Both the position numbers and the translations under genes were made by a program. From positions 1,798,001 through 1,862,000 of the forward strand of contig OX337240.1 of assembly GCA_946965045.2 (NCBI GenBank): 64,000 nucleotides of DNA, given 5' to 3'. Below, in pieces: positions 33,367 to 44,246 of the stretch. The stretch's first letter is position 1; each line of letters starts with the position of its first letter. This DNA comes from Epithemia pelagica. Lineage: Eukaryota > Protista > Bacillariophyta. The notes under the pieces are model-generated. The model saw only the letters and a list, made by a program, of their open reading frames with translations, did no database searches and had not been told where the DNA came from.

Positions 33367-35997
33367 TTACAAGTCTTCCACCACCAGATCACCATTGTCG
33401 TCATCTCCCGACACTACAGCTTGTTCTTCCTGCACAGCATCGCCCGAGGTACCACCATCTTCCACGTCCTTGTTGTTCTTGGCGGAGCTTGGACTGGCGG
33501 TAATATCGTGCGTTTCGCGCCAAAAGGCATGGTACACCAAGTAGGTACCAATCAACAAGACACCCAAAGGAATGAGACCATAGTACCAAACATCCCAATC
33601 GTCGTCTCCCTCCATCAATGGTGCAATGGTCAAGGAGATGATACTCATGAGCTTGATCAGAATGTTGAGGGCTGGACCGGATGTATCCTTGAAGGGATCT
33701 CCCACAGTGTCACCAACCACACATGCCTTGTGGATTTCGGTTCCCTTGCCACCCTGTGCTCCTTCAATTTCAATGTACTTTTTGGAGTTGTCCCAAGCTC
33801 CACCGGCATTGGCCATCATAATCGCCAACATCATACCGGAAGCAATGGCACCTCCAAGCAATCCCGTAAGACAGCGAGGACCAATCAAGAAACCAATGGT
33901 AATGGGTGTCAAGACCGCATACAAACCGGGCAAAATCATTTCTTCGACTGACGATTGTGTCGAAATGGCCACACATTGATCCGAATCAGCTTCGGCGGTA
34001 CCATCCCGCAAACCTGGAATCTCGTCAAATTGACGGCGGACTTCAATGATAATGGCTCCAGCTGCCTTTTGTACCGACAACATGGTCAAGGCGGCAAACA
34101 AGAATGGAAGCATGGATCCCAACAAGACACCCGACAAGACGACAGGGTCTCCAATCTCGGTCGAGAAACCAGCTTCTTTCAATCCAGCCTTCTCGGTAAA
34201 GGCAGACAAGAGGGAGAGGGCAGTCAAGACAGCCGAACCAATGGCAAATCCCTTTCCAGTAGCAGCTGTGGTGTTTCCCAAGGCATCCAAAGCATCGGTC
34301 GTGTCGCGAACGTGTTCGTCGAGGTTGGCCATTTCGGCAGTAGGCATCTGTGGCCAGTGTGACACCCAAGGTACTGAGCATACCAACAGCGGCCATGGAA
34401 ATACCGTATTCACCTGCCAAGGCATTGCAACCAAGGATAGTTGCCACCAAAATGATAGTAGGGAAGACAGTGGAGATCTTGCCCACACCCAAACCTTGAA
34501 TAATGACGGTAGCTGGACCTGTCACACCGGCTTCGGTGATGGATTGCACAGGCCAGTACGAGTAACTTGTAAAGTATTCCGTAACCTATACGATAATACA
34601 AGTCACCAAAATACAGGGCGGAGAGTGAGAAGTGAAAAGGTGGGTTACAGCCACAAAGCCCTCACAAAAAGGTTCGACACGTACCTGTCCAATCATGATC
34701 CCGGCAAAGAGCCCAATACCAATGCAGGCATAGACCCTCCAACCGTAGTCTTCGCGATCTTGAAAGACAAAGTGTACAATGACGGCAGTAAAGGCCAAGA
34801 CCAAGACACTGCTCACCACCGTTCCCTTGTGAAGCGCCATCATCAACTGTTTCTGATTGGCTCCATCTCGTGTACCAACGGCAAAGAATCCATAAACGGC
34901 CGCCAGAATTCCAGCTCCAGCCACCCAAAAGGGCAACATGACCAAGGCAACGTCTCCATCGGCCAAGGTGACAGCAGCAATAATGGAACCAACCTGCAAG
35001 ATCAACACGCAATCGTGTGAGAGTACCTTTCCTTATCGTCAACAACAGTCACCAAACGAACCGAAACGATACGTACAAAGGATTCAAACAAATCGGCCCC
35101 CATACCCGCGACATCACCAACATTGTCTCCGACATTATCGGCAATGACGGCAGGATTTCGTGGATCGTCTTCAGGAATGTCCATTTCGACTTTGCCGACC
35201 AAATCGGCTCCAACATCGGCCGCCTTGGTGTAAATACCACCAGCGACACGAGCAAAGAGAGCAATACTGGAGGCACCAAAGCCAAAACCAGTAATGACAT
35301 CGGCAGCAAACTTCAAACGTTCTTCCAGTTCCTCATCGCCATACCCGTAGGTCACAAAGAGGAACATGGCAGACAATCCGAGCAATCCGAGTCCCACTAC
35401 CATGAAACCCATGACGGCACCACCGGTAAAGGCCACGCGCAAGGCGACCGCCAACCCTCGTTCTTGAGCTGCCTGAGTCGTTCGCACATTGGCATCGGTC
35501 GCCACGGACATGCCGCCCCATCCAGCCATGGCGGACAAGATAGCCCCAGCCAAAAAGGATGCACCATATCGAATGCCATCGGTATGGTCGTCGGAGGGTG
35601 GGTCAATCGAATACAAAATGAGGAGGGCACCAAACATCACAAAGACGAAGATAGACAAGTACTTGTATTCGGCCAATAGAAAGGCGCGAGCGCCTGATTT
35701 GATCTTGTCGGAAATGTTATCCATCAAATCATTGCCACGGGGAGCTTTGCGCAGCTAAACCATAAACAACAATCAAAATTGAAAGGATACAGAATCGAAA
35801 TAAAGCATAAATCAGAGAAGCATGGTTCCAATCCGTCACCAGAACCTTGTACTTACCTGATAGAGAAGGAAAAAGACAAAGAAAAGGGCAACACCACCAG
35901 CTCCTAATCCGACGGAAACGGCCGTGGCGGCATTGATATCACAGGGGAACCGGGTGCTTCCACCCGATTCAACGGAACACAGGGAATTCACTCCCAT
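33367..35997 (-). CDS. hppA: Membrane-bound ion-translocating pyrophosphatase, K+-dependent, Na+-PPase-like signature (copy 1, multi-exon)
   Basis: [64 protein letters not shown]; GT-AG introns link ORFs 35002-35727, 34586-35008, 34043-34549 and 33367-34488; start MGVNSLC at 35997. Confidence 0.92.
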
Positions 35998-36884
35998 CGT
36001 GGTAGATAGGATGCTGGTATGTCAGTTCGGGAGAGACCAGGTAGTCGGGGGGTTTCAACAATGAGGCAAAAAGTCTTGGTGGTCGTTCAACCCTGTAATG
36101 GAACAATCAATCAATCAAGAGGTCTTGGGAACAAAGGGGAGAAACAATGACAAGAGGAAGCGCGACGACGACAACAACAAGGACGACGGCGTGCCAACGA
36201 GACAAGGTTTATTCTGGAGTAAAGTATGAGAGTGCGTGTTTTTGAAACAAGAACTGGATCTATTATGAGTTCAATCGAGTGCTCTTTGACACCAACTCAA
36301 CAAAAAATCTTTTTTTGGGAGTGTTCCCTCCATGCGAACTCGTTTGCTCCTCCTCACACATGTCCATGTCCCGGCTGTGCCTCCCTTCTCTTGACACCCT
36401 TCTACAATATGGTTTGTTGACTGTTGACACAGCAAGACATATTTGTTTATATCATTGATGGATGGGAAGAAGAGAAGCGGAGCCAGGGCACTTCTCGTTT
36501 CCTTGACACCAGCATTCGATTTTTGCTTCTACCAACAAGCGTCTCCTCGATCAAAAATTGTGCGTCTCGTACTCGTACCTCGTACGTGAGCCGCGTGTGC
36601 ACGCACATGGCTCGTTCGCTTCGTCTTCTCGCATTTAGCAATGCTGTCCTGACTCCCGATTAAACACACCCAGTTTTTCAATCCCATTTCCTTTTCAAAC
36701 TCCGGGTACCCTTCCAATCACGCACGCCCCCCGGCCAAGGGCTAGTCACCTATGTATTCCAAAGAGCATTGGATATATAGACAAACAACCCGCTTTCATC
36801 GTGACCATAAAATTGGCCACCCCGCGCTGGACAAATTCAAATCCATTTCCAGTTCAAAAACCGTCACATAGTTTGTATCCTATC

Positions 36885-39800
36885 ATGGTGGACAATGACG
36901 CTCAGCCCCTATCTGAGGATAACCTGGTTCCTATCCAAGATCTAACACAACAATACCTGGATGATCTTTTTGCATCATTGGACAAAGAATGGCACTCGCC
37001 ACTACAATTCCAAATGCATGTAGGCAACAATTGTGCCAACAGTGACACAACTGTGGAACTGGACATTTGTGCATTCTTTGGCCGACTACAAGCAGCGAAT
37101 GGCATCAAGAGCAAGTACGCATACTTTGATCGTAGCACATACCCTCCTCTCCAATCTGCAGATGAACTCTCAAAGGAAGGCAATTCAATGGCAAATCTTC
37201 ACCAAGATTTAGTTACAAAATCTTTAACATCCGGTTTTGTTCTTGTGAGCAACGGTAACTCCACCAAGAATTCTGCGCTTGCTTCCCGTAAACACTTCCC
37301 TGAAGGAAGTTCCCCTCCCTTTTTTTCAAGAACCTTTCGATGTGAACGTTACAGAGTCTACCGAAAGCGTAAAGCAAGTGATGAACCTTCCATTCAGCAA
37401 TACCGTGGCATTTCTCTGCACAACGATCAACGAGCTAATAGTCGAGGACCGGAGGGTAGGAAACAAGCGCGTAAACGCATCACCAACCGAGCACTACATC
37501 GTGATCATACTTGCTCTTTTCATTTCACGGTCTTTGCCAATTCCAAAGGTTTCTATATCACCAGAGTCGCCGGGAATGCATGTCACTGCAACCACATGAA
37601 GAAGATGTCATCTGACATTCCATTTCGCATTAGGAACTTTACTGCTCAACAACGCAAACGTGCGGGTGAACTTGGTAATGCATTTACAGGACCAGCGGCT
37701 GGTCGCAACTACTTCCACGCAAATGGCAATTTAACCATTACTCGTGATCAAATGCGATATGCTTTTCGTGTAACTGACACAACAGGAATGTACCACTTTG
37801 ATGGAATACATGCATCTGCAGAAGCCGTAGTTGAATGGCTTCGTACTGCCGAAAGTTTAAGCTACTGCATTTGGGGAGCGCGCCCAGACAGTGTTACCGA
37901 TGCTCATATGGAACGGCAGTCAGGGTTAATCTTCAATGAGAACAAAGACGAAGATGGGAACCACAGTGTTTCAGACTTGACTCACTTTTGTCAAGAGATC
38001 CTCCATGAATATACTACTGAAATGGAAAATCTGAAACTTGATGTTGACCAGAATATGTTCATTGCTTGTGCTTGGATCACGAATAAGGAGCGGCGAATGT
38101 TTCGACTGTTTCCGCATGTACTGAAGATTGATGTCACCAAAGGAACAAATAGAGAAAACCGCCCCTTAATGACTGTGTCAATGCGCACGGCCTATGGAAA
38201 ATATCTTGTCATCATGCGAATGTTTCTATCCAATGAGAGAAGAACAACATTTCGATGGGTTTTCTGTATTGCTTTTCCGACTCTTCTTGGAACACAATGG
38301 ATAGCACGGGTCAAGGCAATAGTAACTGATGGAGACTCCCATGAAATTGAAGAATTGGAAGAATCGATGCGTCGATACATGCCACACTGCATCAGAATCC
38401 GTTGTGGCTGGCATATCATTTTCAAGGGTTGGAGTAGGCAGTGCTCCATTGAGGGAGCAATTCCACGGGAATACAAACGCACATACCGGCAATTTGCAAC
38501 CACTGTAAAGAAGTGGTGTTACTCATTCATGTATCCACGCTACTGTGAAAGTGAACAGGAACTCCACATCTCAAAATGTCTTCTTCTTGCCTTTGTTTAC
38601 TCCAGGCCTGTTCGCACTTTCTTGACCCCCCAGCTCCGGAAAGTTATCCATAACTTTCTTATTGGCTATGTCTTTGTTCACGACAGGCACTTGTGCTTCC
38701 ATTATCGTAAAGGAATCCGCTATTATGAAGAATCGACAAACAGTAGTCATGAAGGCACAAATCTTGGCTTAAAGGAACATTCTGCACCAGTGTTGGCCAA
38801 CAGAACTGTTGCATTCAATGCAGCTATGCTCAAGCTCCAGTCTGACATGGCCATTGATGAACAGATGCGTCGTGCGTCCTCGAGTGTAGAAGCAACGGCC
38901 ACCTGGACAAACCACCTTCCAGTCAACGGTTTTGTCACAGAATTGTGTCTTGATCTGGCAACAAAATCATGGAATTTCGGGAAGAACTATAGTGTCCGTC
39001 GTGCACCTGTCCCCTTTTCTCCATGGCAATGGCACGTTGTTATAAGCGACCCCTCTATTGTCAACAATGAAAAAAAACATTTGCTTCCTGTGTGGCATCG
39101 CACTCGATGTGTACATCTGAACAAAATGGGACGCCTGGAGTGCACCTGTATGTCTTTTGAACGACGCGGGATACCATGTGCTCACCAAGCAGCTGTGCTT
39201 ATGCACGAGTATCCTAGCTACAAAGGATTTACCCACCATGATGTGAGTATTGTGTGGTGGAAGAAACATGTCTTCCTTGGTCTCCGTGACGGGGATAACA
39301 ATGTTGATGAGTGCATCCAGCACTTGCTGGACAACGACATATCTGGACCTAAATTTCCCCTTCCCCTTCAAAATATAGATGGCTGGACAGAAGGCCCGTA
39401 CAACACGGGAGACAATCCCATCAAATTCAAACATCTGCACGTTGATCCAAAAAATAGTTGTGTCAACTATACAGAAGATCAAATACTGCGTGCTATCAAT
39501 ACATTTGGAGGAAGTCTTGTCTCAAATGCAACAGCAGCAACAACAACAACAAGGGAAAGGGAGATATGTCCTGATCCTGGATATCTGTCCCAAGAATGTT
39601 TTGTCACAAATGATGACATCACAAACAATGCTTACACAACCCAAATGCCAGCATTTCCTTCGTTTCCAGAAGAAAAAGAAGACTATGACACAGATGGCCA
39701 AGGCACGTACGACGCGCATTTCTCCACCCAGGAGAGTGAGGAGAATGAATTTTTCCTGCAGGCAATTGAAGAAGAAGCTGGGGAGCAAATGACAACACAA

Positions 39801-40055
39801 CAATTCATTTCATGTATTCGCGAAGAGGTTTCAGAACTACAGGATCTTTTCCGGTCTGGTAACTATGTCGCTTCTGATCACAATCTTTTATCCCATCTTG
39901 AGTCATTTCGCCAACTACGTCGAGACATACGCCGGAAAATGGCAGAACGGGGACATCACAACCAAGGTCAGGAATGGGTTTCAGCAAATGCTGAACAAAC
40001 CCAGCATAAACGTCGTTTCCGTGGTGCCACATTAGGTCTGACATCTTTCACCTAG
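36885..40055 (+). CDS. MULE transposase with SWIM zinc finger
   Basis: LKIDVTKGTN (D1), IVTDGD (D2), RCGWH (CxxH), SHEGTN (E); SWIM CTCMSFERRGIPCAHQ; FAR1-like N-terminal C/H cluster; uninterrupted ORF. Confidence 0.9.
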   Translation: MVDNDAQPLSEDNLVPIQDLTQQYLDDLFASLDKEWHSPLQFQMHVGNNCANSDTTVELDICAFFGRLQAANGIKSKYAYFDRSTYPPLQSADELSKEGNSMANLHQDLVTKSLTSGFVLVSNGNSTKNSALASRKHFPEGSSPPFFSRTFRCERYRVYRKRKASDEPSIQQYRGISLHNDQRANSRGPEGRKQARKRITNRALHRDHTCSFHFTVFANSKGFYITRVAGNACHCNHMKKMSSDIPFRIRNFTAQQRKRAGELGNAFTGPAAGRNYFHANGNLTITRDQMRYAFRVTDTTGMYHFDGIHASAEAVVEWLRTAESLSYCIWGARPDSVTDAHMERQSGLIFNENKDEDGNHSVSDLTHFCQEILHEYTTEMENLKLDVDQNMFIACAWITNKERRMFRLFPHVLKIDVTKGTNRENRPLMTVSMRTAYGKYLVIMRMFLSNERRTTFRWVFCIAFPTLLGTQWIARVKAIVTDGDSHEIEELEESMRRYMPHCIRIRCGWHIIFKGWSRQCSIEGAIPREYKRTYRQFATTVKKWCYSFMYPRYCESEQELHISKCLLLAFVYSRPVRTFLTPQLRKVIHNFLIGYVFVHDRHLCFHYRKGIRYYEESTNSSHEGTNLGLKEHSAPVLANRTVAFNAAMLKLQSDMAIDEQMRRASSSVEATATWTNHLPVNGFVTELCLDLATKSWNFGKNYSVRRAPVPFSPWQWHVVISDPSIVNNEKKHLLPVWHRTRCVHLNKMGRLECTCMSFERRGIPCAHQAAVLMHEYPSYKGFTHHDVSIVWWKKHVFLGLRDGDNNVDECIQHLLDNDISGPKFPLPLQNIDGWTEGPYNTGDNPIKFKHLHVDPKNSCVNYTEDQILRAINTFGGSLVSNATAATTTTREREICPDPGYLSQECFVTNDDITNNAYTTQMPAFPSFPEEKEDYDTDGQGTYDAHFSTQESEENEFFLQAIEEEAGEQMTTQQFISCIREEVSELQDLFRSGNYVASDHNLLSHLESFRQLRRDIRRKMAERGHHNQGQEWVSANAEQTQHKRRFRGATLGLTSFT

Positions 40056-40124
40056 TTTGTAAAACTCCCATAACAGATCTAAACAATATTGAGCGTTTGT
40101 TTATGCAACATATTATGTTTTACT

Positions 40125-41408
40125 TTAATGACTAGTTTTGTTCTTGGCAGCTGCCAAAATTGCTTTTTCATTGTCTGTGATAGAAATTGTGTTGTCGTTC
40201 TTACCCACCACTGCAGTCTTCAAATAGCATGTCAGACAAAAGATGTCATGTTTGGTTGCCCGCTTGGAGACACAATGGTACTCAAGAGGATTGAAAATGA
40301 TTATGTCGAGGTGTCGTAACGCCACAACTTGTCCATGTTCTGGGAAGACAAATTTAGCCAAAACTTCATCCTTGTCTTTGTTACTTGGTTCCACAAGCAT
40401 GACAACAGAAATGGACAGACCAAAGTCGTTGTCTGTATGGGCTTGAAGGAAAACGTTTCGTCCGAACGCAACAGAGGAGAAGAAATGTGTACTCTTGCCC
40501 TTGTGGGACCACAACTTGAATTCACCATTTCTTGCAGCGTTCTCGAAGGCAAAAGAATAAGACCAGTCGATCCATTTTTCCAGCTGTGTCTCAAGCTGTT
40601 TGATGAATTGTAAGATTACCCGTTTCTCCTTTGCTTTCAACTTAGAAAACTTTGAATCTACCAGCCCTTTTCTTCCCCGATTTGCATGGACACCAAGAGT
40701 GATGTAGTTTGTCTTGTGTTCATCACATCCGACATAACGTGACTTGCCACGTGATTGATGGTTGCACGTTGTCTCCAACTTCTCAAGAACATCAAGTAGG
40801 TTCTGTGTCACATTATCACTTGTTATAATTTGACGTGGCGGTTTGAGAAACACAGGAAGTTTCTGTTTATCTGGACGAAAGATACTTCCTTGGTCACCAG
40901 ACTCTCCAATAACTTTCCAGCTTGACAAGGAAACAGGGTGGGGGACATATGGAGTGCATTTTGATAGCTCCAGCGGACCATTGGTAGGGTCATTTGTGAA
41001 GACTAGGCAGAACTTGTGTAGAACAGAAGAAGAAATCTTCAAAGAATCAGGTGCTTCGGTAATCTCTTTCAATGCGTCTTCCTGCTTTTGTCTCTTCTTA
41101 TTCCGGCGATATCGTTGTGCAGAAGACCTTGGCATGGAAGATGCTTTGGCAACCAAAGCAGCAACTTGTGTCCTTTGAGAACATGGTTTGTTGGACTTGA
41201 AGACATGAAAAGCATTAGTAACATCAAAGCCTGTATGTTCTTCAGCTATGTTCTGCAGAATCTCATCCTGAGTTAATCTCCGTGCAAGCCCCCCCGTACT
41301 TTTGTTGGCATGTACATTTGAAGATGTACTGCCTAAGCACTGGGCGGTGAGAGCCTGACCATTATGGTCTGGTTCTAAACGACCTCCCTTGAGGGCTTGC
41401 TTGGACAT
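40125..41408 (-). CDS. TET/JBP-like Fe(II) dioxygenase with basic NLS-like segment
   Basis: FFSSVAFGRNVFLQAHTDND (HxD), FVFPEHGQVVALRHLDIIIFNPLEYHCV (distal His), LTCYLK; RYRRNKKRQK upstream. First ATG outside the array is 41408. Confidence 0.7.
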   Translation of the reverse strand: MSKQALKGGRLEPDHNGQALTAQCLGSTSSNVHANKSTGGLARRLTQDEILQNIAEEHTGFDVTNAFHVFKSNKPCSQRTQVAALVAKASSMPRSSAQRYRRNKKRQKQEDALKEITEAPDSLKISSSVLHKFCLVFTNDPTNGPLELSKCTPYVPHPVSLSSWKVIGESGDQGSIFRPDKQKLPVFLKPPRQIITSDNVTQNLLDVLEKLETTCNHQSRGKSRYVGCDEHKTNYITLGVHANRGRKGLVDSKFSKLKAKEKRVILQFIKQLETQLEKWIDWSYSFAFENAARNGEFKLWSHKGKSTHFFSSVAFGRNVFLQAHTDNDFGLSISVVMLVEPSNKDKDEVLAKFVFPEHGQVVALRHLDIIIFNPLEYHCVSKRATKHDIFCLTCYLKTAVVGKNDNTISITDNEKAILAAAKNKTSH

Positions 41409-41435
41409 CACCCACGACAAATCCTGATGTAGACA

Positions 41436-42850
41436 ACCAAAAAGACCCCCAATTTCAAAATCAAATCGCTTCTGAAGGACCCAATCAATCAAACCAAACA
41501 AGGTATTGTTAGAACCGTCTTGCAAAGGGCTTTCCAACAAGCCATTCAATTTGGAAATCCGACTTACATGTAGAAAGTTATCAAGGGTAGTAGGAGAGAG
41601 TGTTGGAACAGCCACCAAAAAGACCCCAAATTCCAAAATCAAATCGCTTCTGAAGGACCCAATCAATCAAACCAAACGAGGTATTGTTAGAGCCGTCTTG
41701 CAAAGGGCTTTCCAACGAGCCATTCAATTTGGAAATCCGACTTACATGTAGAAAGTTATCAAGGGTAGTAGGAGAGAGTGTTGGAACAGCCACCAAAAAG
41801 ATCCCAAATTCCAAAATCAAATCGCTTCTGAAGGACCCAATCAATCAAACCAAACGAGGTATTGTTAGAGCCGTCTTGCAAAGGGCTTTCCAACGAGCCA
41901 TTCAATTTGGAAATCCGACTTACATGTAGAAAGTTGTCAAGAGTAGTAGGAGAGAGTGTTGGAACAGCCACCAAAAAGACCCCAAATTTCAAAATCAAAT
42001 CGCTTCTGAAGGACCCAATCAATCAAACCAAACAAGGTATTGTTAGAGCCGTCTTGCAAAGGGCTTTCCAACAAGCCATTCAATTTGGAAATCCGACTTA
42101 CATGTAGAAAGTTATCAAGGGTAGTAGGAGAGAGTGTTGGAACAGCCACCAAAAAGACCCCAAATTTCAAAATCAAATCGCTTCTGAAGGACCCAATCAA
42201 TCAAACCAAACAAGGTATTGTTAGAGCCGTCTTGCAAAGGGCTTTCCAACAAGCCATTCAATTTGGAAATCCGACTTACATGTAGAAAGTTATCAAGGGT
42301 AGTAGGAGAGAGTGTTGGAACAGCCACCAAAAAGACCCCAAATTTCAAAATCAAATCGCTTCTGAAGGACCCAATCAATCAAACCAAACGAGGTATTGTT
42401 AGAGCCGTCTTGCAAAGGGCTTTCCAACAAGCCATTCAATTTGGAAATCCGACTTACATGTAGAAAGTTGTCAAGGGTAGTAGGAGAGAGTGTTGGAACA
42501 GCCACCAAAAAGACCCCAAATTTCAAAATCAAATCGCTTCTGAAGGACCCAATCAATCAAACCAAACGAGGTATTGTTAGAGCCGTCTTGCAAAGGGCTT
42601 TCCAACGAGCCATTCAATTTGGAAATCCGACTTACATGTAGAAAGTTATCAAGGGTAGTAGGAGAGAGTGTTGGAACAGCCACCAAAAAGACCCCAAATT
42701 TCAAAATCAAATCGCTTCTGAAGGACCCAATCAATCAAACCAAACGAGGTATTGTTAGAGCCGTCTTGCAAAGGGCTTTCCAACGAGCCATTCAATTTGG
42801 AAATCCGACTTACATGTAGAAAGTTATCAAGGGTAGTAGGAGAGAGTGTT
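41436..42850. repeat. Tandem array, about 8 copies of a 178-bp unit
   Basis: Near-identical short ORFs recur at exactly 178-bp spacing (41506, 41684 ... 42574); units are head-to-tail with no spacers. Confidence 0.97.
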
Positions 42851-44246
42851 TGAAAAGGAAGGAAAGGCTGTGAGAGTGGGTTTTTTGGCCCCTCTCATGC
42901 AACATGCAAGTACAAAGGTAGTAGGTGATTTTCTTTGGGAGACCGTTGGAAGAGGGGACAGTTGATACACGTGTCTTGACACGTGCCTGGAGCGGCAGCA
43001 TGGGGTGCTGACAGGCGTGGGAATGCAGATGGGGTCAGTTCTTATGCGACTGAAAGCGACCAAAAAACTGGGTGTGCTTAATCGTTTCTCACCTCCATGC
43101 ATGTCGGTCCCCCATAGAGAACAACCAGAGAAGGTTTGGGCATATGACAAAACTTGGGGCAGTAGTAAATATTTACTATGCCCTTCATACAGGCTCAGGT
43201 ATGCGCGACTGTTGGACATCCGCCAAAGGACAAAGTGCACGCCGGGCCTGGGGATGACGCACGCACGGGGGAGTTGGGGTTTGGTCTGATTTTTCCGATC
43301 GAGCTTTTTGCAACCGCCGACGAGGAGGATCCAACGTTCCCTCTGAACAAAGAGAACTCATTCAACGAGGCATGGTCACGGTCCTTACTTTCAATACTGT
43401 ATCTACAATCGATTATCTTCGGAATCGGCCGAGACTGTGCGCGATGGACCTGGGAAATGAGAAGGCTCTCGTTTCGAGGAACAATGCAACTGCAAATTGT
43501 GAGGCAATGGGGAGCGAGAACAATGCGTCCAAGCTCACCTCCTCATCCGAAATGTGAGACATAACGATACGAAAGGAAGGAGACGATATAAACAGGTTGT
43601 CTGCCTTGAAATTCATCATTGCATCAAAGGTCACAACATCTATTCTGTGACACGGTTTGACATGTTTGTATGTGGATGAGACGACCTTTGATGTCAAACT
43701 GCCGATTGTGAATCGGTCTCCGAAAAATCAAATGAACCAATGGAGACATGATTGGGAGAACCTTGTAGTATCCTTGTTCGGTCTCCGTCTTGGACGATCC
43801 ACCACTGGGTGCCAGTGCCACCAAAATGTGTCGTTGTAGTAGTACTTTGGGTGTTTGTTGTGGCCTCAAGGAATTTGCCTCAAGCATCCCGAACCCCGCA
43901 ACAAACCATGTGTCTCATATGAGAAGTGGTTCTTGTTCCAATGGTCGTAAGGGAAAGGCAAGGATTACATAGGAGGACTTCTTGCTCCTTCTACTAATCC
44001 TTTCGACTCTTATCATCCACATAGCAACAGTAGCGTTTTCATTTTCTGTACGCCCCAGAGTGTAACATACAAAATGTATTTTTGAAATAAACCAAAGATG
44101 ATGAGATAGACACGATAGGAGTTGTTTGTGATGTTGCGAATTCGGCGCAAGTCTCAATCAACTCTTGCTCTCATCAACTGTTGTTGATGAAGTAAGTGCT
44201 TTCCTGTCTTCCTCTGACGTTCGAATAGAGACAAGAAGAAAGCACC

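Larger units (their letters stand above)
36657..43084 (+). mobile_element. Mutator-like (MULE) DNA transposon carrying a TET/JBP-like gene and a tandem array
   Basis: Inverted repeats CGATTAAACACACCCAGTTTTT (36657-36678) and AAAAACTGGGTGTGCTTAATCG (43063-43084), 21/22 match, bracket both ORFs. No TSD found. Confidence 0.7.

Noticed and set aside
34046-35679. Long plus-strand ORFs (324 aa, 220 aa)
   Set aside because: Antisense shadows of the PPase gene; the same applies to most short ORFs opposite pol, the transposases and the HMG genes.
36640-36660. Target-site duplication for the MULE
   Set aside because: Flanks cctgactcc and tttctcacc do not match as an 8-10 bp TSD, so the exact ends remain provisional.
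41436-42850. CRISPR array, or repeated 81/87-aa genes
   Set aside because: Units are contiguous 178-bp copies without unique spacers, the context is eukaryotic and there are no cas genes. The small ORFs are by-products of the repeat.
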